A stretch of 64,000 bases of DNA from Octopus sinensis (lineage: Eukaryota). The position numbers and the translations under genes are program-made. The first letter of the stretch is position 1. Each line of letters starts with the position of its first letter. Shown here piece by piece: positions 25,201-36,987 of the stretch. The DNA is taken from the NCBI RefSeq assembly GCF_006345805.1, contig NW_021835481.1, positions 1 through 64,000 of the forward strand. Reading direction: 5' to 3'. The notes below the pieces were generated by a model. It worked only from the letters and a program-made list of their open reading frames with translations, had not been told where the DNA came from and made no database searches.

Positions 25201-26000
25201 ACATCATTGGAGCATGATTGTTACCTGCGTTGCCTTACTAGCACTTGTGCTGGTGGCATGGGAAAAAACATTCGAGCGAGGTTGTTGCCAGTGCTGCTGG
25301 ACTGGCTCCTGTGCAGGTGGCACATAAAAAGCGCCTATTAAGCATGGCCGTTGCCAGTACTGCCAGCCTGGCCCCTGTGCCGGTGGCACGTAAAAGCACC
25401 CACTACACTCTTGGAGTAGTTGGTGTTAGGAAGGGCATCTAGCTGTAGAAACTCTGCCAGATCAGACTGGAGTCTGGTGCAGCCATCTGGTTTGCCAGAC
25501 CTCAAGCAAATCATCCAACCCATGTTAGCATGGAAAGCGGACATGAAATGATGATGATGATGATTTTCGATAAGAATATTTGAATGAAATACAGGAAAAG
25601 AATAAAATCTTATGCTAATTATAAATGTAATTCAAATTAATGTGCTTCTTCTTGAAAAGTGGCAAAATTGTTACTGGTTGAGATTGGGGATGATTTTCGC
25701 AACAAATCATATAGGTAAGATGCATTAAGAATTTCAGTTTTAGTGTTTATCCATAATGTTATTACTGTTAATTAAATTTACTTGCTCATAAAAGTCAAAG
25801 TTAATCAACTAGATCAGCTAAAATTACATAACTATAATCTTTTGGTATATAAGCACCCACTGACAAAATTTCAAATCTGTATATAAAAAATAACAAAGTT
25901 ACAAGCAATTATTGTGGACACCCCTCTTGAACCTGAATAATTCAAAATAACGTGAACAAATAAGCATTACATTTGACAGATTAATCTGAACACTAAAGAG
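22267..26000 (+). mobile_element. piggyBac transposon (internally deleted, PGBD4-like), carrying an RTE insertion
   Basis: TTAA TSD at 22263-66 and 26001-04. TIRs gcctttagtgttta and tgaacactaaagag. Remnants ETVAEETN, EMRAFF, and a C-terminal Cys-rich domain VCRLC...YMCLFCKVPLCKGCFGQFH (23196-23378). Confidence 0.92.
23602..25564 (+). mobile_element. RTE-clade LINE, 5'-truncated, relatively young
   Basis: Intact RT stretch 23612-24148 (DMEKAFD, KGSVLSP, LLYADDL), C-terminus 24704-24949, 3' UTR repeats and (GAT)n tail at about 25550-25564. Confidence 0.95.
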
Positions 26001-27560
26001 TTAATACAGATACAGGGAGAAAATTGGGAAACCTAAATTGAAAGAAACTTCAAAAATTGCATGTGGTGTTTCAGTAAAAAAAATTACATTTCAAGGGTGA
26101 AATGATAAGTGATATTACATTTCATGGAAAAACCTTGAAAGTTTTTCTACTAAATAATAGGACAAATTTATTTGGAACAGACTGAATGGAATTATTTAAC
26201 TTATGGGACCTTTCCATATATTTTTCCTGAAAAATGTGAATGGTCTTTCCACCAGTACAAATCAGGTGTCAGAGGAATTAAAATAAAAATTAAAAATGAT
26301 TTTTCCTGAAGTTTTTTCCTGATGAATTAGGTCTTTGCACCAAAAGAAAGGTGAAGTTTCAAGTAAAAGAAGACATTATTCCGGTATTTAAACCAAAACA
26401 AACTGTACCTTTCACAGCATTGAAATAAGTTGATGGGGAATTGAATAGACTTGAAAAGCTTGAGATTATTGGAAAAATTGATCATGCTGAATGGGCATCA
26501 CCAACAGTTTACGTCAAAGAAAAGAAAGCAAAATCCACGTATGTGTTAATTTTTCAACAGGGTTAAACAAGTGTTTGATCACTCATAATTAATTGTTACC
26601 AGGTCCAGAAGGAATTTTTGCTAAGTCAAATGATGGGAAAGTTTTTTCAAAGCATACCTACAGATACAAGTGGATTAGGAGTGTTCAAAAGTATTAACAA
26701 TAAACACTCATAAGGGATTATATTAATTTAATGGATTTCCTTCTGACATAAAAGTTGCTCCAACTATATTCCAACTAGAGATGGATACGAAGCTTGCAGA
26801 GTGCAACTTTGTGATGACCTGCCTGGACAATATAGTAATTAAAAGTGAACCTTGGGACCTGTATGTAGAGCACATAAAGTATGTGTTGGAAAAAATAAGG
26901 GATTACAGCTTCACTTTGAGTGAGGACAAGTGTGAATTCCTACCGAAAATCAAATGTTTAGGGCAAATTATTGATAAAGATGGTCATCAACCAGATCCAT
27001 CAAAAGCAGATGCATTTAAAAATATGCCCTCTTTGACAACTATATCTACTTAAAACCTTTTTCTGAACTTGAAAACTATCATCAAAGTGATATACCAAAG
27101 ATATATAAGGTAAGAGCTCCACTAAATAATCTACTAAAAAAAGATGTAAAAGTGGAATTGGTCTGAAAATTGTCAGAAGGCATTCAACAAAATGAAGAAA
27201 ATATTAACATCTGATTTGTTGTTAGTACATTTCGATCCTGTATCAGAGATAGTTGTAGCTTCAAATGCCTCTGAGTATGGTATCAGAGGCAATAATGCTA
27301 CATAAATATATAGTAACATGAAGACTGTGGGTCATGCCTCACTTTCTCTGATACCAGCAGAAAAAATTTCAGCCAAATTGAGAAAGAGGCTCTAGCAATT
27401 TAGCAATTATTTTTGTTATAAAAAATTTCATATATTCTTACGCAGTAGAAGTTTTTGATTACAGACTGTTCAGCATCCGTTATTATCTATATACAAGTTG
27501 AAGAAAGGAATCCCTACCCATATTGCTAATACATTACAACTCAGAGGTACTACATATTAC
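26001..27560 (+). mobile_element. Ty3/Gypsy pol continuation (rest of protease, RT, RNase H); no integrase or 3' LTR seen
   Basis: PVFKPKQTVPF, EWASPTVYVK, TCLDNIVI (YLDD equivalent), LVHFDP..IVVASNASEYG, SQIEKEALAI. Confidence 0.9.
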
Positions 27561-28599
27561 ACTTGTTAGGTGTTCACTCCTATTGCCCAGTTTCCTTTGG
27601 TACAGTTCTGAAATTGATCAATATTTTTAGTCAGGATTGAAAGTTTAGAAGATATCTTTTGCAGTTATTTAAGAATATCTTTGCTCTGTCTATTTTTGTT
27701 TCGGTTGGTTTTTGATGACATTTTCATTCCTTGTGTGGGGAATATGTATAGAAAAAATAGTTATTAATCCATATAAGTAGTAGTAGTTATATAAAGGAAA
27801 TTAAAAAAATGTTAAAAATGCATTGAGAGTGTATAGAAAGATATATTAATATTAATGCACTTAACAGTTTCCACATTTGTATGATTTTCAAAATTATAAG
27901 ATTTGAGGGACATAGAGCTGGTTCAGCTACAGTATTGCCTCTAGCTGTTGTTCTAAAATGTGTTTTTATAGAGAGAGTGAGACTCAGATCACTACCAGTT
28001 AATGTACAGATTGATTGGATGAGAATGGTCTCATAGTGAGGTAAGGGATTTCTGTGGTAAATTCTCTGCTACATTTATACATTAATGTCATGTGATGACC
28101 ATATGTAAACGCCACTTCAAAAGTTAAATGCAGTAGATATGTCATGTGACAATCAGAACAATAGCTATGCTTAATAAAAGTTACACCTGAATTTTGGGCT
28201 GTGTCTAGTTGCTGTATGAGTAGTTATTATCTTAATTATCTAAGGTGAAGTATTAGTGTCTCATTTGTTCTTTGTATAATCTTGAAAATGTGGACAATTC
28301 TTATAATAAGACAGTAGCCTAACTTGCCTAAAAAGAGAGGCAGAAGTTTATAAGGAGGTGAAGTTTATTTTAAATGCAGTAATGTTTAAGAAAAATATTT
28401 GAATGGTGATAGAGAACTATAAAAAAGGTAAATACAATAAACTCATTGGAAGTTGAAGTGGATAGGCTGTGTAACTTGGATATCAGCATTTATTGATGAC
28501 TTTGTAATGTTGGCTTGAATACTAAGTGATACCTACATCAGCAATGTCCTTAACAGAAACAAGACCATATTCACTTCCATCAGCAGGGATCTTCATATA

Positions 28600-29460
28600 A
28601 AAATGAAAAGCATTTATAGTGAGTGGCAAATTGTATATTTTTGATGTTTTTGTAGCCTACTCAACTATGGTTTGAATTTTTAAATAAAAGTATTTTCTTT
28701 ACTTATTTGTGTTTGTGTTGTGGTATCACCTGTACAGTGATAAAGTGGAAAGACTAGGAATTTGTGGGATTTCATTGTTGCATATAGGTCCAACTGTTCA
28801 CTGTTTGAGATGTATCTAGTCCTGGGATCTCAAATTTGTATTATTAATCTTAGTGTATCATTAATCTCATTTTCAAACTCAGTTTGGTTTTTCCAATGTA
28901 ATCTTCACTGCATATATTACATTTGATGACTATGTTAAATTATTTGATGAGCAAGTGAAGTTGTTTTCACAATAAAACGATATGCTGATTTAAATTTATG
29001 TTATGTATCTTCAATAAGTTTAGTACAAGTTATGAATTTAGAACTAGACTTTTCAGCTGTTTATAGGAAGTAGTTCTGAACTGGTATATAGTTTTTTGCC
29101 TTTTTAACGTTAAATGTCTTAGTGTTTCTTGTGGTCTGTGTTGTAATAATTGTTATAAAAGGTAGAGTTTTGTGTGTATCTTCAATGTCTATTGCTTTGG
29201 CATGTTCTATTCAATTCCCTGTTATCTTAGACAGGTATTGTCTTTCAAGTACTGCCTGTTTTAATTGTTGGAGCTTTTTATACTGTACTTCAAGATTGGA
29301 AACAAGAGAGTGAAGTTCTAGCAATGTTAAATGGTATATTTGGTTTGATATGTGTTGGTTGGCATAAGGTAACTAGTAGGTACTGTTTATATTCTGGTTA
29401 AATGTATCTCTTATGGCCACTCAGTGTATTTTCAACTTGTTTTATTTCCTTGATACTACT
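28600..29460 (-). mobile_element. Penelope-like element remnant with GIY-YIG endonuclease
   Basis: Minus strand about 28855-28965 reads FTCSSNNL.(fs).VIKCNICSEDYIGKTKLSLKMRLMIH. Boundaries approximate. Confidence 0.7.
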
Positions 29461-29524
29461 ACATGTATAGATAAATAACACTCATATTTATATATACACA
29501 CAAATAGACTCACACACGCATATA

Positions 29525-30110
29525 TACTTTCTTCTTGACTTACGAATGAGTCCCATTCCGACTGGCAGGTTGTATGTTGAATATATATTTTTCAGCACTA
29601 TTTTCATTACAAATATATAAAACACAAAAATTTAATCTATAATTATTATATATAATGTAAAAAATACCTAAGTACCTTATTGCACTGTAAACAAAAATAC
29701 AAGCTAAAATTAATGTAAAAATTAAAACAAATGAAATTTCACATACATACAATAAAAAAATTGTTCCTGTGAAAAAAGTGCAATTGAAAATACAATTTTA
29801 ATCTTCACAGTCATGTTCTTGGGTTGAGACAGAGGGTTTTTTGAGGCACCATGGTGAGCTTTGTTGGAATTTTTTTTTTTTTTTCCTGTCATATATCTTA
29901 TGATAACAATACACAGTATCTTGAATGATACATTCAACCTTTGCAAAGCGGTTGACATTAGGATCCATTGCTTTGAAACTGGTAAGAGTTTTTTTCAATT
30001 GCGAAAAGGAATCAATAAACACTTCATTTTGAATTTCTTTTCCTGTTCATCTTCTTCTTTCTCACTTTTTCTTCTGCTGCTCTGTGTGCTTCCAATCCAA
30101 TCTCTGCAAC
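29525..30110 (-). mobile_element. Tigger/pogo-type transposon, 3' fragment
   Basis: FKAMDPNVNRFAKVECIIQDTVYCYHKIYDRKKK resembles the Tigger transposase C-terminus. TIR-like cttgacttacgaa near 29534. Confidence 0.65.
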
Positions 30111-30290
30111 TGAGTGAGAGACAGTGGCAGGCAGTGGATACCTGGATTTGAAGGAGACCTGTATTACCAGATGCTGCCATAGTTATTGTATGCACAACTG
30201 CCCAAACCATCAGACACATGGGAGATGGATGTTGAATGTTGATAATGATGATATATAATACTTACATATAAATATATATATATATATCTC

Positions 30291-32835
30291 ATCTAGGGAC
30301 ATCCTCATCAAGAAATTTGATGAGAGGGAGGAGGAACTATAGTCCTCAGACATAGATGGTAGCTGGAAATTCTTATGGGACAGCTTACTGAGTGCCACAG
30401 ACCAAGTTTGTGGATGGTGCAAAGTCCCTTCCAGACCTAGAGTTTTGTGGTGGTGGAATAATACGGTAGACAAAGCCATTAGAGCAAAGAAACAAGCCTG
30501 GAATTCCTGGAAGGGTGGGAGTAGCAGAAAACTGTACCAGATAGCCAAAAGGGAAGCTGGGAGACAGGTATACATAGCCAAGGGAGAAGCAGAAAAGAAG
30601 TTTGCGAATGTCCAGCGATGTGAGGACCAAAGAACTGAAGTATGTCGGATTGCAAGACAGTGTAAGAGAAAATTGTGATGTCACAAGAGAGAAATGTGTC
30701 TGCATGGATGATGGTGCACTTGCTTTTAATGATTCAGAAAACATGAGGCTTGGAGGAGCCATTATGAAAGACTGCTGAATGTGGAGAATGAATGGGAGGA
30801 AGAGAGCCTGCCAAATATTGATCCAACAGAAGGACCAGCTATCTAAATACACAGCACCCTGGTAGATAAAGGAATTATGGATATGAAGCTAGGAAAAGCC
30901 CCTGGCTAATCAGGAATCACCACTGAGATGCTTAAAACATCTGGTGGTATGGGCTATGGCCTAGTCACCTGTATTGTAAACCAGGTGGTTCATGATGGAG
31001 TTATACCCAATGACTGGCACAGCAGCACCATAGTCAATTGCTACAAAGGTAAAGGTGATGCTTTAGATAGAAATAACTACAGGGCTATCAATCTGCTGGA
31101 TCAGGTGATGAAGGTCATGGAAAGGGTCATAGCCTAACTAATTAAAGAGAGAGAGTCTGCTTAAATGAGATGCAATTTGGTTTTGTGCCAGGTAGATGCA
31201 CCACTGATGCAATATTCCTGGTACAGCAACTGCAGGAGAAGTACCTAGCCAAGATATATTTGGCTTTTGTGAACTTGCAGAAAGCCTTTGACAGGGTCCC
31301 CCAATCCCTTATATGGTGGGAAAAGGGGAAACTGGGGATTGACAAATGGTTAATAAGGGGTATACAGGCCCTATACAGAGTAGGGTTAGTATTGGAAATG
31401 AGTATAGTGAAGATTCGGGTAGAAGTTGGGGTCCACCAAGGATCAGCCCTCAGCCCCCTCTTATTCATCATAGTCCTCCAGACAATAACAGAGGAATTCA
31501 AGACAGATTGCCCTGGGAACTGCTCTATGCTGATGACCTGGTCCTCATAGCAGAATCCCTACCAGAACTAGAGAAGAAAACATCAAGTGTGGAAGCAAGG
31601 TTTAGAATCAAAGGGCCTTAGAGTCAACGTTGTAAAGACCAAAGTTCTAGTAAGTAGGAAGGCGAACAATCACACACCCTTCAGGTAGGTGGCCTGTTCG
31701 ACCTATAGAAAAGGTCTAGGTAGAAACTCCATAAGATGTACCCAGTTTAAGCTATGGACACGTAAGAGATGCAGTAATATCAAAGGAGATTAACCAGGAA
31801 GATAGCTTTCACATGCAGCAGATGCACAGGGGCAATCAACACCACACAGATGCTCAGAAATCAGATTCCATCACATGCCAGGGGAAGAAACTAGAAGTAG
31901 TTTATAGCTTCCACTACCTAGGTGACCAAGTCTGTAGTGGGGAGTGAATGCTCAGAGAGTGGTTACCACTAGAATAAGAATAGCCTGGGCAAAGTTCAGA
32001 AAGCTTCTACCCCTACTGTGACAAGGGTCTCTCACTCAGAGTGAAAGGTAGATTGTATGATGCATGTGTGCGAACTGCCATACTTCATGCTGCTGAACAT
32101 GTGTAGGCTTGAAAGAAATGAAGCTACCATGATCCATGGATGTGTAATGCCAGTGTTAACACATAACAGTTGTAAGCTCCCTGAGAGATATGTTAGAGAC
32201 ATAAGAAGTATTGGATATGGCATGCAAGAGAGACATTTGCATTGGTATGGTCATGTACTACAGATGGACAAGGAGAGCTGCGTGAAGAAGTGCCACTCCC
32301 AAACAGTGGAAGGAATCTGGGGTAGAGGTAGACCCAGGAAGATATGGGATGAGGTGGCGAAGTATGACGTTTGAACATTGGGCCTCACAGAGGCAGTGAC
32401 AAAAGACCAAGACCTTTGGAGGTATGCTGTGACTGAGAAGACCCAGCAAATAAAATGAGTCCACAGCTGTAACCTACACCAGTGTCACATAACCAGCCCA
32501 CTCAAAAGTACCTTGGATCGTAGGGTGACATGCCATGCTTGAGGAGATCTATTGAGTCAAGTACATAAACATCAACAGCAATATCAAAATGAAATCAAAT
32601 GGAAATTGTAGTTGTAAACCCCTTGCTGGTAGCATGTAAAAAGCACCATCCGGGCGTGGACAATGCCAGTGCCGCTTTGACTGAATTCTGTACTGGTGGC
32701 ATGTAAAAAGCATCATCCGATTGTGGTCAACGCCAGCTCCTCTGGCTCCTGTGCCGGTGGTACATAAAAAGCACCCACTATGCTCTGACTTGTTGGCATA
32801 AGGAAGGGCATCCAGCTGTAGAAACACTGCAAGAC
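30291..32835 (+). mobile_element. RTE-clade LINE, decayed, 5'-truncated, tail missing
   Basis: WWWNNTVDKAIRAKK, NCYKGKGDALDRNNYR, QGSALSP, LLYADDL, GRGRPRKIWDE. Confidence 0.92.
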
Positions 32836-32839
32836 AGTG

Positions 32840-35085
32840 TAAGAAAATGGTTAAGCCATAGATATGAAACAAAGAGTGGAGGAATGAAAATAGACATGAG
32901 ATATGTAGGGATGTTGCATCTGTAGATCCATTATTTGGGCAGAATGGTATACATATAAGAGTCCAGTACCTTGTGAGTAAGTTCCAATAATATTTAAAGT
33001 TGGTCACTCCAAGTATAGAGTTTGTACACATTGTTATTAAATTGAGGGTTTTATTTAAAGTGACTTAAAAGTTGGTAATGTATTTGTAACATCAAATCAA
33101 AACCAGGAGGATAGGAACAAAGAAAAGAAAAAAGAAAAAAAAGTGGGGAGAGAGATAATAAAGAGATGAAGAGGGGAAAATATACTGGTTAGTGGTCAGT
33201 ATATAAAAGATAAATTGATAGTAGGAATAGGGAGGTGGGGTGATAAAGGGAGAAAGATATGAGAGTGTAAAAAGATGATAGGGTAAAGTGTAAAGAGTGT
33301 CAGATAGAAGGAATGGGGGTTGATTGGTGATAGAGAGAGATAGGTATGGGAGTGTAAAGAGTAAAGGATTGTCAGGAAGGTAGTGATAGAGCCTAAGTGA
33401 GGGGCTGAGAGAGGGGGGTAAGAGTAGTAAATTGGTGGAATGAAGAATTTGAGAATATAGGTTAGGTTGGTTAGAGGACTGGTCTATGCTTAGTAGTAGA
33501 AGAATATATATATATAAACAGGTATACACATGCATATATTAATATAGATATTTATACATATCAACACCTACACATACAACACGTACTCATATGTATATGT
33601 AGACCCATACATACATGTAATTGTAAGTATTATCGCCCCTATACACGCAGGTATATATACCTTGCATACATATATACATACACACATTTATAAGGTTATT
33701 GGGATTACCTAAGGGGTACTGTGGAAATATGCTGTATGGTCATTTAGGCATTTGGATTTGTGGAAGAATTTGAATGTGTGAAAAAAGTGGTGGTTGCATG
33801 TGCTTAGTGCCTCATTATGTTTATTTAGCAGTGTTGGATAGTTGTGCTTTAATATGTGAAGTGCCTCCTTCAGGCAAAGCTAGCTGGTTGAGCGTTGACC
33901 TCTGTAGGGATGCCCTAAATCCAGTAGGGTATATTTGTATTTTTGAGATGATGTATATGGTTGGCGAGTGCTGTAGATTTACTATGTTTATCATATCTAA
34001 AAGAATGGAGGTGAGCGGCATATCGCTGCTTAAAATTTTGGGTTGATCCTATGTATATGGCTGTAGAGTTGTGTAATATATTAAGGACAGTGCATTTATA
34101 AATTACATTATATCTTCTGCAATGGGTTTGTAACAGGCAGATGATTCCAGGATGGCAGGTACAATTAAGTGAATTTTGGGGAATGTGTTCAGGAATGGAG
34201 GAGGTAATATTATCAGAGGAGAGGTTAGAGAAGGGGGTCGAAGATTCTAGATTATTAGTATTATTAACATTATCATTAATGTCATTGTTATTATTACTAT
34301 TGTTGTTATTAATTGTACTATTTGTAAGAGTGGTAGAAATTGTGGTGGTGTTCTGGGCAGTGTCAGTAGGATGGGTTGGGTTGTGGTTGTGGTCTAATGT
34401 AAGGGCATCTGTGCTGGAGCTGTGTATATGTTGAGTGTTCTTATGACTAGAGTTGTAATTATGTGAGTTTTGATAGTAAAGTGCTTATTAGAGGCTGCTA
34501 CAATAGATTCAAAATTGGGTGGGGCAGAATAAGATAGTTTCAGAGTGGATCTAATAAAGATAGAATGATATTTATGTTTCTGAAGGAAGTTAGAGTCTAG
34601 TATTTTAAAGAAGGATTCAGCTAAGTTCTTAAAGTTAAGTGAGAATGGGGGTATGTACCACAGAATGGCGCATCTGCCACTTATTTTAGAGTGTCTGGAT
34701 GTAGTGCTATCAAAGTTTTTAGATAAAGAAGTGCTATCTATACTTTTGTAGAATGTATGTGGGCAGTGAAGCCTTTTGTTATTAGCTGTTTTAGTTGTTT
34801 TAGTTTTTGACCTAGTGTTAAATGTATGTATGTGGGATCTAGGTTGCCTTGGTGTAAGACCTTCCTGGGTTCCATCAATGAGTGTGTGTGGTTGGTCGTT
34901 ATGATGGTTGGTGGGTGTTTGAGATGTGATTTGAAATATATATTGTTTGAGCTTGGTGTTATGGATGTATTCTATTTGTTGGAAAATGCCACTAGCAGCA
35001 AGTGCTTGTGTGTAATATGGTGCGTGATTATTGAAAATTTCCTCAGTGGAAGAGAGGTTAGATATGCAGATTGGAGAGGATGTTA
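32840..35085 (-). mobile_element. Penelope-like element, 3' part (RT C-terminus, linker, GIY-YIG)
   Basis: IFNNHAPYYTQAL and ILWYIPPFS...KHKYHSIFIRSTLKLSYSAPPN (ORF 34394-35209). Minus strand about 33950-34110 reads NVIYKCTV...IYIGSTQNFKQRYAAHLHSFRY...TALANHIHHLK. Confidence 0.8.
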
Positions 35086-35089
35086 AAGT

Positions 35090-35520
35090 ACAATTCGCTT
35101 TCTGCTTACATCTTACCCAGAACGTGATATATAACTGTACAATAAAAACTACAACTAATGATTTTATATATATCAGTTGTTTGATTAATATGAAACGGCG
35201 TCTATACAACTACCTGTCATCCTTTAAACTTAAGTATAAAGCAATTTGTACGTTATTATCCAGTAAAATTTGGAAATTGAAGGAAATAGCAGATATGGGT
35301 GTGAGCTGTTCTCTATGGAAACATGAAATTTTTAAGCAAAAAGATAAGGGCAACCTGATTAATAATTGATTAGACCTTAGGGTATCATATGTACATAGTG
35401 TCACCTGTACCTTTAAATATTTTAGAAAGTAGCACTTTATTGATCTTGAAATTTAAAACCTATTAGAAACTTCTTTGCTCAAAATTAGTATATAGTGAGC
35501 ATGTCCTACAACATTATTAC
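35090..35520 (+). mobile_element. Second Penelope-like GIY-YIG fragment, opposite orientation
   Basis: NVIYNCTIKTTTNDFIYISCLINMKRRLYNYLSSFKLKY..CTLLSSKIWKLKE. Confidence 0.7.
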
Positions 35521-36077
35521 TTTAGCTAATACAGGGTAACAGTCTTTAGAGATAAAAGCTGAATAAGTAAATAAACTATTTTTAGTTTTAAATACTTGAA
35601 TTGTATACATTTTCTATAAATCTTCTCTATTGATGTTACTAAGTTGTGTATATACTTCATCATTATTTTTAGTGATTAAGCTATTTTATGTACTTTTCTA
35701 TGGTGTTCTACCCTACCTAATGATTTTAAAGTGTTCTGCCCTCCTGATCTTAATATTTATATAGGCCTTTATATAAGTAGCCTTTCAAATTAAGTACCCC
35801 TAAGAAACTATAAATATTATGTATGGAGTAAGAATAATATCTTCTAAAGCTTATAATATATTTCTTAGTTTTAAAATTTAGTATGGAATTAGTATGCCCT
35901 ATAACATCAATATTCCTTTAGATAATACCAGGTATCAGTCTTTATTGATCCTAGCTTAATAAATAAAGATTTAATTTTAGTTTAGTATACTTAAATTATT
36001 ATACATTTTCTTTAAACCTTCTCTAATGATGTCAATAAGGTATATTTACTTTGTCATGTTGTTAGTGATTAAGATAT

Positions 36078-36987
36078 CGGCAAGGTTGCATCCTGTCACC
36101 AGCAGCCTTCAACATGTACACTGAAAAGGTCATGAGGAATGCAGGCCTGGAGGATAGCAGCATTGGAGTTAGGATTGGAGGAAGAAATATTAATAACCTT
36201 CGCTATGCAGATGATATAACCCTGCTGGCGGAGAGTGGTAAGGATCTGGAGGATCTTGTCCTGCTGGTCAAGAAAGAGAGTGAGAAATTTAGGCTGTACC
36301 TCAATGTTAAGAAAACAAAGATCATGTCAACATCAGCCATGACAAACATCAGCATCAAGATCGATAATGAAGAGATTGAAGTGGTTGATGATTCCATCTT
36401 CCTTGGCTCCAAAATAAATCAAGATGGTAACTGCACTCCAGAAATAAGATAGTACTAGGATAGTACTAGGCAGAGAGGCAATGGTCAGCATGAGCAGGGT
36501 CTGGAAGAGTAGAGACATCAGACTCGCTACCAAATGCAGATTGGTGAATGCAATTGTCTTCCCAATAGCAACATATGGATGCGAGACATGGACACTAAAG
36601 AAAGCTGACCAGAAGAGAATTAATGCATTTAAGCTTTGGTGTTGGAGAAGACTTTTACGGATTCCATTGACAGCGAGGCTCACCAATGGAGAAGTTCTTA
36701 AGCAGATAAGGTCGGAAATGTTGCTAGAAGCTAGGATCACCAAGCATAGATTGGCATATTTCGGTCATATTATGCGGAGAAAATCCCTGGAGAAGGACAT
36801 CATGCTCGGAATGGTCAGTGGCAAGAGAGGAAGAATCCAACCGAGAACCTGCTTGCTTGACACCATCAAGAGTGATACCGGAATGGACATAGCCAGTCTG
36901 AAAGAAGCGGCCCAGGATAGAACTGACTGGAGGACACTGATCCAACGAGTGACCGAGAGTCGACTTCAACTGAGTGGTTAGGAGAAA
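36078..36987 (+). mobile_element. RTE-BovB-like LINE, 5'-truncated, little decayed
   Basis: RQGCILSPAAFNMYTEKVMRNAGLED...GGRNINNLRYADDITLLAES (to 36452) and TKCRLVNAIVFPIATYGCETWTLKKAD...WCWRRLLRIP (36481-36981). One frame break at a gatagtactag duplication. Confidence 0.9.

Noticed and set aside
33092-33535. Hydrophobic or low-complexity ORFs (also 995-1547, 6864-7076, 9328-9640, 34141-34434, 49103-49371)
   Set aside because: These are by-products of microsatellites and purine/pyrimidine-skewed tracts, with no domain signal.
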